A program made the translations under genes and the position numbers. Source: a virus (lineage: Duplodnaviria; Caudoviricetes). From it: 45,404 nucleotides of DNA. The first letter of the stretch is position 1; each line of letters starts with the position of its first letter. The DNA lies in IMG/VR virus record IMGVR_UViG_3300031227_000097, positions 1 to 45,404 of that record; one strand, 5' to 3'. Of the stretch, positions 1-8,793 are shown piece by piece. The notes below the pieces were generated by a model that had not been told where the DNA came from, ran no database searches, and was given only the letters and a program-made list of their open reading frames with translations.

Positions 1-388
1 CCTCCGATTTCATCGGTCGATACTGTTGTTAACGAGACTGTCCGGGATTCCTTAGTTATTCGTGACACGACTATTTTTGTAGATATCCCCGGCGAGGCTA
101 TTATTGATTCAGTCTTTATTCCTGTTAAGGTTCCTGTAAATTACAAGCCTGATACCTTAATCGTAAAGACAGCGTTTGCAGAATCTAAATCATGGATCGA
201 AGGTAATCACTTAAAGATTCTATTAATTCAGTCTGGAAATCTGCAAGTAAAACTCGATAGTGCTATCCGGGAAAGCTACCTGTGGCACAATATGTTTCAA
301 GAGATTAATAACAGGGAGGTAGTAAAAGTAAAATTTATACCTCTTATCTATAAGATCGCTCTCGGAGCTATCATAGGACAGTTTATTA
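1..388. repeat. Terminal direct repeat copy 1 (matches 45017-45404); indicates a circular or complete genome
   Basis: Identical over 1-126 and 304-388; about 16 substitutions by eye in 127-303. Confidence 0.95.
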
Positions 389-432
389 TGATCATTCTAT
401 TCTTTCTCGCCAGAAGGCTAAAGCTGTTCTAA
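1..432 (+). CDS. 3' part of unimolecular spanin-like lipoprotein (starts at 44936 across the circular junction)
   Basis: Frame 1 is open from base 1 to TAA 430-432; C-terminal hydrophobic segment IALGAIIGQFIMIILFFLA followed by RRLKLF. Confidence 0.8.
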   Translation, partial: PPISSVDTVVNETVRDSLVIRDTTIFVDIPGEAIIDSVFIPVKVPVNYKPDTLIVKTAFAESKSWIEGNHLKILLIQSGNLQVKLDSAIRESYLWHNMFQEINNREVVKVKFIPLIYKIALGAIIGQFIMIILFFLARRLKLF

Positions 433-609
433 GAGTACCCATAAAAATCATTTTTAAGCCATTTTAAGCGCTTTAAATATTTAGCTATAGAACCTACCTT
501 TTATTGATTTAGTTTCACTAGGTGGCAGATTCGGAGAAAATAACTATCCTTATTTAAGTAAGTATAAAGACTTATTTTTATGTATTGTGTAAAATAATAT
601 CATAAATAG

Positions 610-639
610 TTTGTATATTATAAATATTGTGTATCTTTG
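610..639 (+). promoter_or_regulatory. Bacteroidota-type -33/-7 promoter for early genes
   Basis: TTTG (610-613), N18, TATCTTTG (632-639), 22 nt before ATG 662. Confidence 0.7.
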
Positions 640-661
640 TTGAGGATTTAAAACTAGAATC

Positions 662-817
662 ATGGCAAAAGAGACAAAAGGAATAGTCGTTAAAATCTCT
701 CAGGAGTTTGATTTAAAGCTAAGAAAACACATTATCAATCTTGAAGAGACAGGAACACACACTACTAAATCTAATCTTATTGTAAAATTAGCGGAGAGAG
801 GTTATAGGTTTTTATAA
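662..817 (+). CDS. Small ribbon-helix-helix-like regulator (51 aa, not in ORF track)
   Basis: MAKETKGIVVKISQEFDLKLRKHIINLEETGTHTTKSNLIVKLAERGYRFL: alternating strand then two amphipathic helices; first gene after the promoter. Confidence 0.55.
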   Translation: MAKETKGIVVKISQEFDLKLRKHIINLEETGTHTTKSNLIVKLAERGYRFL

Positions 818-870
818 TGAAGAGATAGTGAAAGATAATTAATCCGAACAACAACACAAAATAAGCGACA

Positions 871-1104
871 ATGAGCGCATCACAGAAAACAACAAGTAAG
901 TATATTAACCAGAACTGGAGAATCAAAGTATCCGGCAAAACAGGATCAGAGAAACTTCACACCCTTATCGGAGTCGCTAGGCTTGTATCTATATTAGGGG
1001 AAGAAATCACAGAAAAAATAATCAATCATGCTGACGAGATAGGACTTGATAAAGTTGAGTTCAGATTTCGGAGGGGCTTAAAGGTATCATTATATTCTAA
1101 ATAA
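871..1104 (+). CDS. Hypothetical protein
   Basis: 77-aa ORF in the early operon. Confidence 0.6.
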   Translation: MSASQKTTSKYINQNWRIKVSGKTGSEKLHTLIGVARLVSILGEEITEKIINHADEIGLDKVEFRFRRGLKVSLYSK

Positions 1105-1127
1105 ATTATTAATTAACCGTCAAGATC

Positions 1128-1340
1128 ATGAAAGCAGGAAACAGTTACGGAACACCCAAAGAACAGGAAATAGAAAAAATTATTTCTACTAAAAGATTTA
1201 CACAAATGGAGGCTGCTAAATTATTACGAAAATTAAGTGTCATTAATGAAGAAATGAAGTCAACTATTCACTATCACTCAAACCATTATATTGAATATTT
1301 GATTGAATCAAACGAAACATTGATAGAATCTTTTAAATAA
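1128..1340 (+). CDS. Hypothetical protein
   Basis: 70-aa ORF bracketed by inverted nonamers ACCGTCAAG / CTTGACGGT. Confidence 0.6.
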   Translation: MKAGNSYGTPKEQEIEKIISTKRFTQMEAAKLLRKLSVINEEMKSTIHYHSNHYIEYLIESNETLIESFK

Positions 1341-1345
1341 CACTT

Positions 1346-1386
1346 GACGGTCGGGGGTGCGATAACATCAATCCCTCGTTACCGTC
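1346..1386 (+). other. Intergenic stem-loop
   Basis: GACGGTCGGGGG...CCCTCGTTACCGTC; GC-rich in AT-rich surroundings. Confidence 0.45.
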
Positions 1387-1401
1387 TTAAATCTAATTGA
1401 T

Positions 1402-1617
1402 ATGAAAACAAAGTATGAAAATGTATCACAAGATTTGCTTAATACTATCTTAAATGATTTCTATAATTATGTTATGGATGAACATGATTGTATTTTAAGA
1501 GATGAGGAAGTCCATTTATTTATTCATAAAGATTGCGACCATCCAATATTAGATCAATATAAAGATGATGTTGGGAATACATTTTGTGGAATTTGCCAAA
1601 AATGTTTATCTGATTAA
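1402..1617 (+). CDS. Hypothetical protein with possible Zn-binding motif
   Basis: CDH...CGICQKC; starts within the 17-bp repeat. Confidence 0.6.
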   Translation: MKTKYENVSQDLLNTILNDFYNYVMDEHDCILRDEEVHLFIHKDCDHPILDQYKDDVGNTFCGICQKCLSD

Positions 1618-1647
1618 TTAATATAACTATATAAAAATCTAATTGAT

Positions 1648-1803
1648 ATGAAAGCAGAATTAAAAGTCGCAAAAGCTAATTACAAATTAGCCTTGAAAAA
1701 CAAAGAATCCTACAAGCAAAAAAGAGATGTTTTATTAATGCGAATTATTGAGGCTAGAATTCCTAGATGGGGTAGTATTAATATCATTGTTAGTAAAATC
1801 TAA
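1648..1803 (+). CDS. Small basic hypothetical protein (51 aa, not in ORF track)
   Basis: MKAELKVAKANYK...IIVSKI; starts in one repeat copy and stops in the next. Confidence 0.55.
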   Translation: MKAELKVAKANYKLALKNKESYKQKRDVLLMRIIEARIPRWGSINIIVSKI

Positions 1804-1808
1804 TTGAT

Positions 1809-2270
1809 ATGAAGAAAGAAGAATTAAGTAAATTATCAGACAGGGACAGACAGCTTTATGAGAGAGCTATAAGCGGAATCTTCCCTGCTTTATTCTGGCA
1901 GACATGGGTTAATTACCGGGATATGGCAGAGAGCAATACACTGAGGGACTTCTTTCAGGAGCGGGCAAATCTGGCGTATCAGCCATTTGCAACATGGCCG
2001 AATAGAGAGATTAATAGCAAACAAGAGACGACTGTAACGATAGCTAATTATGTACTCTGTACTGGTCAACTCCTTAACGTAACCACAAAATCTATACAAG
2101 GGATGGCCGGAGAGAATGTGGATATTGTATCTATGGAGGTCGGAGGGTTAAAAGTACAGCTCGATTTCGTTAAGAGCCTTATGAAAGCGGAGGACGCTAA
2201 TGATCTGGAAGAGTATCTTAATGATGTAGATTATAGCAACGAGCAATTAGCAATTTCATTCTGTAACTAA
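1809..2270 (+). CDS. Hypothetical protein
   Basis: 153-aa ORF, TAATG-coupled to the next gene. Confidence 0.65.
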   Translation: MKKEELSKLSDRDRQLYERAISGIFPALFWQTWVNYRDMAESNTLRDFFQERANLAYQPFATWPNREINSKQETTVTIANYVLCTGQLLNVTTKSIQGMAGENVDIVSMEVGGLKVQLDFVKSLMKAEDANDLEEYLNDVDYSNEQLAISFCN

Positions 2271-2752
2271 TGAATAAGTACGAGAGCTATATAAAAATCT
2301 GTGTATGGATAATCACCCAAGAGGGATTCTTGCCAGTCGATGTTCAGGTTAAATCCCGGAAGAGAGAGATTGTCTTTACGAGGCAGTTGGCTATGTATTT
2401 CGCTAGGCGATTTACAAGAGCCTCTTTTTCGCTGATAGGAAGTTACTTTAGTAAGGATCACGCCACAGTATTACATGCCTGTAAAACGGTTAGTAATCTT
2501 ATTGATACCGATAGGATGATAAGAGCTAAAGTAAAAGATTATGAGATTCAACTAAGGAGGCTACAGGAATCACCTGTAAGACGAATGTTAATCTTTAGAG
2601 TATATCCCATGACTCGGTTCGCTTATCTAAAAGTAAAGACACCGGAAGAGATTACCTTATTTGCGATACAGGGAGCAAGGGCGGAGGATATTACCAGAGA
2701 GATAGTAAAGACGATCAGGTATGAGAAATATTTTAGTAAATTCAATAATTAA
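2270..2752 (+). CDS. DnaA C-terminal (domain IV) HTH protein
   Basis: KSRKREIVFTRQLAMY...IGSYFSKDHATVLHAC closely matches the DnaA_C signature; no AAA+ domain. Confidence 0.85.
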   Translation: MNKYESYIKICVWIITQEGFLPVDVQVKSRKREIVFTRQLAMYFARRFTRASFSLIGSYFSKDHATVLHACKTVSNLIDTDRMIRAKVKDYEIQLRRLQESPVRRMLIFRVYPMTRFAYLKVKTPEEITLFAIQGARAEDITREIVKTIRYEKYFSKFNN

Positions 2753-2776
2753 TTATTCACTTAAAATCTAATTGAT

Positions 2777-2947
2777 ATGAAAGACAAAATTATTAAAATA
2801 CTCGGAGACGATATGTCAGATGAGTTAAGTGCCAGTTACATCATTTATGAAATCAATAATATGATTCTTGATAAGCTGGCTGAGCTTGTTAAAAAAGGGC
2901 AGACCGCCGGATATACGGAAATTCAAAGTTTATACATAAACCGATGA
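2777..2947 (+). CDS. Small hypothetical protein (56 aa, not in ORF track)
   Basis: MKDKIIKILGDD...; starts in the 17-bp repeat; ATGA overlap with the next ORF. Confidence 0.55.
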   Translation: MKDKIIKILGDDMSDELSASYIIYEINNMILDKLAELVKKGQTAGYTEIQSLYINR

Positions 2948-3102
2948 AATACTCCTGCCCTTTATGCGGAGAAGAATTAACCGAATCTGATTACTTACAG
3001 GTTTGCGGCTGTGGCTGTCCGAGCTGTCGGAGGGCTTTTGATAGGACGGTATTCAAAGAGATTGAAGAACCAACATTAAATACTAATCAATCATTAATTT
3101 AA
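2944..3102 (+). CDS. Small Zn-ribbon protein (52 aa, not in ORF track)
   Basis: MKYSCPLCGEEL...CGCGCPSCRR. Confidence 0.55.
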   Translation: MKYSCPLCGEELTESDYLQVCGCGCPSCRRAFDRTVFKEIEEPTLNTNQSLI

Positions 3103-3112
3103 AACAGGCAAA

Positions 3113-3925
3113 ATGGAAAAAGAAAAAACATTACTTCCCGACCTTCGGGGAAAGATGAGTGAGGTAAAGGTCAAAGAGCAGGAGAGACAGCAAACTTTCT
3201 GGTCACGATTACAACGGTTCATGGAAGTTCTTAATGCGGAGGTTGAGGCTGAAAAATTACAGGTACATCCTATCGTCAAGAATTGTAAGTACCTCCCGAT
3301 TTCACACATGGAGATGGCTCTGGATGAGCTATTCTTCGGGCAATGGAGTACAGGAGAATTTAAGTGGCAGGTCGTCTCTAATGAGATAATCGGTTCTTTG
3401 GAACTTTCTGTCTTACACCCCTTATCTGAGAATTGGCTAAAGAGAGTCGGAGCAACAGCTATTCAGATCATGGTTGATAGTATTCCTGAGGCTACAAAAA
3501 AGAAGATGACTCGGCAAGAGATTAATGCGTGGGCAGTATCTATTGATAACAAGAAACCCGGAGCGTTAACAAACGGAGGATTCTCTAAGCTAAAAGCGGA
3601 GTGTTTTAAAAATGCTTGTCTTTCTCTAGGAAGGTATCTCGGAAGGGATGTTAATAGAGAGCATACCGCAGAGGATTATCTAGGCACTATTAAAGACCCG
3701 GATGAGAGAAAATCAGAGCTAAGGAACCAGATAAGCGACCTCCTGAGAGATAATCAGGACACTGAGTTTACGGAGGGAATCGCTAAAGAGATAATCGAGG
3801 CTGAGGAATCAGGTACGAATAGTATACAGTTTTACAAATCATTACTTAATAAGATAAAGAAAGATGGCGCAAAAGATAACGATGGAATTTCTAAAGGGGC
3901 GACCGATCAGCCAAAGCAGGATTAA
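3113..3925 (+). CDS. Rad52/Sak-like single-strand annealing protein
   Basis: YLPISHMEMALDELF..W, AECFKNACLSLG..LGRDVNR; adjacent to an exonuclease. Confidence 0.7.
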   Translation: MEKEKTLLPDLRGKMSEVKVKEQERQQTFWSRLQRFMEVLNAEVEAEKLQVHPIVKNCKYLPISHMEMALDELFFGQWSTGEFKWQVVSNEIIGSLELSVLHPLSENWLKRVGATAIQIMVDSIPEATKKKMTRQEINAWAVSIDNKKPGALTNGGFSKLKAECFKNACLSLGRYLGRDVNREHTAEDYLGTIKDPDERKSELRNQISDLLRDNQDTEFTEGIAKEIIEAEESGTNSIQFYKSLLNKIKKDGAKDNDGISKGATDQPKQD

Positions 3926-4703
3926 GCATTTTAGGAAATCCCCTAAACATTACGTGCAGAGCTTTGAGAAACCATACGATGCGAGTCCTCAGATGTTACT
4001 TGGTTCGGCTGTTGATATCTTGTTAATAGATGGAGAGGAGGGCTTCAATAAAGAGTTCCTTCCATATACGGATTTTCCTAAGAGGTCTAATGATGCGAAA
4101 GCAGAATGGGAGGCATTACTTGAGAAAGCCAGAGATCAAAAAAAGACTCTTATCACAAATGACATAATAGAGAATGCCAGAGCGTGCGTACAGGCGATAA
4201 AAGACTACCCGGATGCGCAGCCTTATCTTAATATGAGGAAGAAACACCCACGCTTATACTGGACGAACCGAGAGACAGGCGTCCCATGTATTACTATTCC
4301 CGATTGGGATTGCCTACTTGATGAGCAGCTTTGTATCGTTGATCTTAAGGTTATGGCCGATGCCGATCCCGATGAATTTACCCGGGCATCTTGGAAGTGG
4401 GAATATTTTATGCAGGTCGGGGCTGAACTGGATGCTTATAAAAGCAAGTTCTTTCAGTTTCCTATGTTCGTCTTTCTTGTAGTGGAATCAGGAGAGTTGC
4501 ATAATGTCTCTATCAATTTTGTGGAGGGTAAGTATATTGATTTCTGTCGGGCAGAATGGGAGGGCACTCTTAAGGCTTTCCGTTACTGTCTGGATAATGA
4601 CCTTTGGCACATGGGATATGAGTTTCGCTTAATGGGTACAAGGAGTTATTTCGCTCTTCGTAAGCCCGGATATGGACGAGCCCTCTTTAGTGGTTGGGAA
4701 TAA
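3864..4703 (+). CDS. RecE/Exo VIII-like PD-(D/E)XK exonuclease
   Basis: ISQSRIKHFRKSPKHY, LGSAV, PDW...IVDLK, YFMQ...Y, FVFLVVE. Confidence 0.75.
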   Translation: MAQKITMEFLKGRPISQSRIKHFRKSPKHYVQSFEKPYDASPQMLLGSAVDILLIDGEEGFNKEFLPYTDFPKRSNDAKAEWEALLEKARDQKKTLITNDIIENARACVQAIKDYPDAQPYLNMRKKHPRLYWTNRETGVPCITIPDWDCLLDEQLCIVDLKVMADADPDEFTRASWKWEYFMQVGAELDAYKSKFFQFPMFVFLVVESGELHNVSINFVEGKYIDFCRAEWEGTLKAFRYCLDNDLWHMGYEFRLMGTRSYFALRKPGYGRALFSGWE

Positions 4704-4741
4704 TGTTAATAACTTAATCAGTAAAGTTTCAGAAGGATGAT

Positions 4742-4749
4742 TATATTTG
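4742..4749 (+). promoter_or_regulatory. Bacteroidota -7 element for the ParB-like cassette
   Basis: TATATTTG immediately before a structured leader. Confidence 0.55.
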
Positions 4750-4758
4750 TAATCTAAT

Positions 4759-4879
4759 ACGAGTGATATGAATACAGAAATTAATTTTAATAACAATACT
4801 GCCAGCTCTGGCATACAGACTCACAAGGTTTCGGTCACTCGTTCCTTAGTGAGTTTTGTTTTATCGGGGCTGGCTTTTT
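4759..4879 (+). promoter_or_regulatory. Structured leader RNA / attenuator-like element overlapping a 37-aa leader ORF (4768-4881)
   Basis: Long hairpin 4801-4874 with G-U pairs followed by TTTTT; loop TCACTCGT (4835-4842) is complementary to ACGAGTGA (4759-4766). Confidence 0.6.
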
Positions 4880-4891
4880 AATTTAATAACT

Positions 4892-5956
4892 ATGAAAGTA
4901 AAGATTAAAGACTTAAAACCAAATCCATATAGAGACATGGACAACTATCCGATTGATGAAAATAAGGTAAAATCCTTAATGGATTCGATTGAGCAAACTG
5001 GCTTCTGGGATAACATTCTGGCCAGACCCAAACCGGGATTTACTGAATGGCAAAAAAGAGTAAATGATGGAGAAGAATTAGATGAAATGAATTCTCCACG
5101 TTATTTGGGGACTAAAAAAAATGGGGATCTGACAGACCCAATATTTGAAATTGCTTACGGTCATCACAGGCTCGAAGCATTGGAAAAGTTATTTAAAGCA
5201 ACTGATGAAGTTGATATTCCGGTAAAGGAATTGAATGAATCTACCATGCTTAAAATCATGGCTAATGAGAACATGGACGACTGGAAAGCAACTCCACAAG
5301 TCATTGATGAAACTGTCAGGGTGACAAAGAAGTTTCTGGAAGAGAATCCGAAAGAGAGAAAAATCATTGAGACTGAATTTCAAAACCATGGTTTTGAAAA
5401 GATGTACTCTAAAGAAATACAGATTGTTGCTAAATTTTTAGGATGGGAAAAATACAGGATTAAGTTTTCTCTTGAACGCCTTGGAATGATGGATGCAGGG
5501 AAGATTGATAAACAAGCAATTAAGGATTTACCAACAGAAAGGGCTGCAAGAAATTTTGTCGCTGCTGTAAAAAAACATGATATACCAATTTCTAAACAAA
5601 AAGCAGTTATTAAAAGGTATTTAGATGAAGGTGAAGGTGAATCAGTTATGAAGAATGCAGCTATAACTGAAAAATGGAAAGCTAAGCCAAAGAAATTAGA
5701 AGGGATAAGAAAGGAAAAAATCATTAAGTATGAAAGTTATGTTGCTGGAATCCGTGAAAGAGCAGATGAACTTTTTGAGGAGTTAAGACAATTAGCAAAG
5801 ACTGAAAAAGAGATAGGAGACATACAATCGAATCTTTATAGAAAACTTTTAATGATGTCATTAGATACATTATCGAAGCAAATTGAATTAATAACTAATC
5901 CACAAGAAAATGAAAACAAACAAAGCAACAGAAATTCTAGAAGCATTACAGAATGA
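4892..5956 (+). CDS. ParB/Srx N-terminal domain protein
   Basis: IKDLKPNPYR...SIEQTGFWDNILAR...EIAYGHHRLEAL...IMANEN; probable start ATG 4892 rather than TTG 4856. Confidence 0.85.
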   Translation: MKVKIKDLKPNPYRDMDNYPIDENKVKSLMDSIEQTGFWDNILARPKPGFTEWQKRVNDGEELDEMNSPRYLGTKKNGDLTDPIFEIAYGHHRLEALEKLFKATDEVDIPVKELNESTMLKIMANENMDDWKATPQVIDETVRVTKKFLEENPKERKIIETEFQNHGFEKMYSKEIQIVAKFLGWEKYRIKFSLERLGMMDAGKIDKQAIKDLPTERAARNFVAAVKKHDIPISKQKAVIKRYLDEGEGESVMKNAAITEKWKAKPKKLEGIRKEKIIKYESYVAGIRERADELFEELRQLAKTEKEIGDIQSNLYRKLLMMSLDTLSKQIELITNPQENENKQSNRNSRSITE

Positions 5957-6359
5957 TTCTAAAAATGATGGCGACGGTTTGGGTAAGTCTGAACTTGCAA
6001 GAATAATTTATGGGAATTTCCATAAAAGTACGGCTGAATTTCATGAGAAGAAAATCGCTCAAAGAATGGGACAAGTTTGTGAATTGGCTGCACAAAATGG
6101 GATTACTGTTTATGCAGTTAAAAAATCTATGAATAAAGACACTCCTGAAATTAAGTCAAGAATAGTACGGTGGAGAATCTATAAATCTGGGGTGCTAGGT
6201 ATGGATAAGGAACTTGCAGATGCTATTATTTCAAAAGCAAAAACTGCAAGTTCTAGAACTAACTCATTTAAACAAATGTTAAATATTGGTAAGAATAATA
6301 AGGTTATTTCTGAAGAAAAATATTTAGAATTGTTAGAATCTGTAAGACCTAGTAATTAA
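5910..6359 (+). CDS. Hypothetical, possibly winged-HTH partner of the ParB-like protein
   Basis: GLGKSELARIIYG helix-turn-helix-like segment; overlaps the ParB-like gene. Confidence 0.55.
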   Translation: MKTNKATEILEALQNDSKNDGDGLGKSELARIIYGNFHKSTAEFHEKKIAQRMGQVCELAAQNGITVYAVKKSMNKDTPEIKSRIVRWRIYKSGVLGMDKELADAIISKAKTASSRTNSFKQMLNIGKNNKVISEEKYLELLESVRPSN

Positions 6360-6364
6360 AAATT

Positions 6365-6386
6365 GAGGGGTAAAAATCCCCTCTTT
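6365..6386 (+). terminator. Rho-independent terminator
   Basis: GAGGGG-TAAAAAT-CCCCTC-TTT just after the 149-aa gene. Confidence 0.6.
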
Positions 6387-6397
6387 ATTCTCAACAA

Positions 6398-7090
6398 ATG
6401 GCTAAAGACCCGGCAGTATTATTTTATTCACAAGACTTTTTAACAGGTACTATGTTGATGACGAATGAGCAGAAAGGTAAATATATAACGCTTCTCTGCT
6501 TACAGCATCAGAATGGTAAGTTAAGTGAAAAGGATATGTTGAAAATTTGTGGTGAAAAAGATGATGAAATTTGGGCGAAATTTATTTGTGAAGATGATTT
6601 TTTTTATAATAAGAGAATGATGTTTGAAGCTAATAGAAGGAAAAAATATACTGACAGTAGAAAAAGGAACTTATCCCATATGGACTCCCATATGGAAAAT
6701 GAAAATGAAAATGTAATTAGTAATAAGAAAGAAGAAATATTAAAGAAAAGAGAGAAGGATTTTAAAATATTAGTTTTTGAATGTGATCCGTTAAAATATT
6801 CTCAGGAGTTGCTTCAGGAGTTCTTTGATTATTGGAGCGAGCCGAACATAAGTAAGGCTAAGATGAGATTTGAATTACAGCCTACATTTGAGATTCATCG
6901 GAGGCTCGGAACGTGGGGAAGAAACAATAAAGATTTTAAGAAAGACTCTGGAAAGGTAGAATTAAATCATAATGAGTATCTAGAGTATATCAACAAGCAT
7001 GGAGCAGAGGAGGGAATAAAAAACTACAGACCGATAACAAAGATAATTCAAGGCAAGAAGAAAGCATATTACGTACCGATAAATAATTAA
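6398..7090 (+). CDS. Phage replication initiator / replisome organiser (YdaU/DUF1376-like N terminus)
   Basis: MAKDPAVLFYSQDFL...EQKGKYITLLCLQHQNG, ENENEN linker, C-terminal FFDYWSE...MRFE...RRLGTW. Confidence 0.75.
   Translation: MAKDPAVLFYSQDFLTGTMLMTNEQKGKYITLLCLQHQNGKLSEKDMLKICGEKDDEIWAKFICEDDFFYNKRMMFEANRRKKYTDSRKRNLSHMDSHMENENENVISNKKEEILKKREKDFKILVFECDPLKYSQELLQEFFDYWSEPNISKAKMRFELQPTFEIHRRLGTWGRNNKDFKKDSGKVELNHNEYLEYINKHGAEEGIKNYRPITKIIQGKKKAYYVPINN
6674..6712. repeat. Iteron-like repeats inside the initiator gene (candidate origin)
   Basis: TCCCATATGGA twice (6674-6684, 6686-6696; palindromic core CCATATGG) followed by GAAAAT three times. Confidence 0.45.
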
Positions 7091-7093
7091 GAT

Positions 7094-7636
7094 ATGATAT
7101 TCGACAGATATATAGGCATTGACCCGGGCAAAGGTGGAGCGATAGCACATATCGGGAAAGGAGATATGAGACCGATATCCGTAAGTATGCCTAAATCAGT
7201 AGATGAGATCAATACTTATCTTACTTATCTGAAATCAATATCAGACAGTCCTGTTGCCTGTATTGAGAAAGTCTCTTTATGGGGGGCAGATTATGGTGCG
7301 GGAAAAATGTTTGGGATTGAAAAGTTAATCGCTAATTTCAAGGAGCTGACGACCACGCTAACGATTGTAAAGATTCCTTTTATACAGGTATTACCTATTC
7401 AATGGCAATCGTATCTGAAGGTAAAACAGAAGAAAACAGCCACACACACCGAGAAGAAACGGGTGCTTAAGATGATAGCACAAGGGAAGTTTCTTAATAA
7501 TACTGTTACGCTTACTAATTGTGATGCTCTTTTAATAATGTATTATCTTGCTCTTAAATGTCAGAGGGAGCAGGAGTGGGTACTACATAGAATACCAAAG
7601 TCAGTAGTTCAAGGATTAAATTTTAATAAATTATGA
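7094..7636 (+). CDS. RuvC-like Holliday junction resolvase
   Basis: IGIDPGKGGAIA, ACIEKV, PIQWQ, CDALLI. Confidence 0.8.
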   Translation: MIFDRYIGIDPGKGGAIAHIGKGDMRPISVSMPKSVDEINTYLTYLKSISDSPVACIEKVSLWGADYGAGKMFGIEKLIANFKELTTTLTIVKIPFIQVLPIQWQSYLKVKQKKTATHTEKKRVLKMIAQGKFLNNTVTLTNCDALLIMYYLALKCQREQEWVLHRIPKSVVQGLNFNKL

Positions 7637-7809
7637 GTAAAAAAAGCGAAATAAAATATGTAAAGATGGTTGTAAAAACCATAAAAGAGATTCGTGAGAG
7701 GGTAAGATTCCCCGAGAAGAATCCAGAAGTAATAACTGAGGTATGTCTAAAGAACGGAGTACCTGAAAAAAACATAAGGAGGATTGCAGGATGGCTAAAA
7801 ATGAAATAA
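7633..7809 (+). CDS. Small hypothetical protein (58 aa, not in ORF track)
   Basis: MSKKSEIKYVKMVV...IAGWLKMK; overlaps both neighbours. Confidence 0.5.
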   Translation: MSKKSEIKYVKMVVKTIKEIRERVRFPEKNPEVITEVCLKNGVPEKNIRRIAGWLKMK

Positions 7810-8186
7810 CAATAACAGGAAGTATCTCTGAGAATGGTATGGTAAAAGGAGTATTCACAGGGGAATATAATGAGTTTATAAAAAAGAACCGAGGGCAGAA
7901 TCTACTTATGACATTAACTCTTTTGCCAAAGGATCAGACGATCAGCCAGAAAGTGTATTTTGAGAAAGCTGTACTTCCGTGCTTACAGGAAGGATTTAAG
8001 GAGACAGGCGATTTTATGACTCTTCGAGAGACAGAGGATAGGATAAGAACTTACTGCCCTGCCACTGAAAATATACCGGTAGATCATCCTTTAAACAGGG
8101 AATCTCTAAAGGAGTTAATCGACTGGAGCATCAGATATTGCGCAGAGAATTTTAATATAATCGTCCCCGTCCCGAGGGGGAAGTAA
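7791..8186 (+). CDS. Hypothetical, possibly NinB/Orf-like recombination protein
   Basis: TISQKVYF..VLP and C-terminal CAENFNIIVP pattern. Confidence 0.45.
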   Translation: MAKNEITITGSISENGMVKGVFTGEYNEFIKKNRGQNLLMTLTLLPKDQTISQKVYFEKAVLPCLQEGFKETGDFMTLRETEDRIRTYCPATENIPVDHPLNRESLKELIDWSIRYCAENFNIIVPVPRGK

Positions 8187-8205
8187 TCACTATAAATTAA
8201 TTATT

Positions 8206-8793
8206 ATGAATGGATTAAAGCAGGCACATTTTGAACTTGAAAAAATCAAGTTTCTGAAAGGAGAGAAGGGAGTATTAAAAGGAGTTGAAATAATCTTTAA
8301 TGCTCTAAAGGAGAAAGACGGTAAGCCGGATAACTTCAGAAAGGAATCTGATAATTACCCTCATCCTGATCTTATCGCTTCGATTACGAATCTTAAGGAC
8401 TGTCTCGTAAAGTCAATCGGCAAGGAGACAATCGTTACAGAAAGGCTTATAGCAGGTTATAAGAAGCTGTTTAAGCGAGAGGCAGACTACAAAGAACTGG
8501 AAGGTGCTATCGAGGCGCACCATCTCGGAGAGTTAAGCAAAATAAGCGTGAACGGCGTTGCTATCTCAGGGATCGACACTAACAGGGGAGCAGTAATAAT
8601 GGGAACCTACGAATGTAAGAACGGCTCTAAAATTGCTCTTAATTCACCCCGGATAAGATTCGAGGGAGAGAGCCTTGGTATTGAGCAGGAGGTACAGGAG
8701 CTATGTACTGTCGTGGAGGTTGAGGCATGGGAATATGCTATTAACGACAAACAGGCGCAGCAGCAGATCGTATTTGATGAGGGTAAGGAATAA
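8206..8793 (+). CDS. Hypothetical protein
   Basis: 195-aa ORF, TAATG-coupled to the next gene. Confidence 0.65.
   Translation: MNGLKQAHFELEKIKFLKGEKGVLKGVEIIFNALKEKDGKPDNFRKESDNYPHPDLIASITNLKDCLVKSIGKETIVTERLIAGYKKLFKREADYKELEGAIEAHHLGELSKISVNGVAISGIDTNRGAVIMGTYECKNGSKIALNSPRIRFEGESLGIEQEVQELCTVVEVEAWEYAINDKQAQQQIVFDEGKE

Noticed and set aside
1-388. Physical direct terminal repeat of the virion DNA
   Set aside because: The repeat falls mid-gene and the copies differ by about 16 substitutions; assembly overlap of a circularly permuted genome is more likely
1389-2781. CRISPR array or integron attC sites from the 17-bp repeats
   Set aside because: Spacing is irregular (161-968 bp), the repeats contain start codons and are not palindromic, and there are no cas or integrase genes
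4892-5956. Plasmid-prophage ParABS partition system
   Set aside because: No ParA ATPase or parS array seen; lifestyle remains undetermined, and no integrase or CI-like repressor was recognised either
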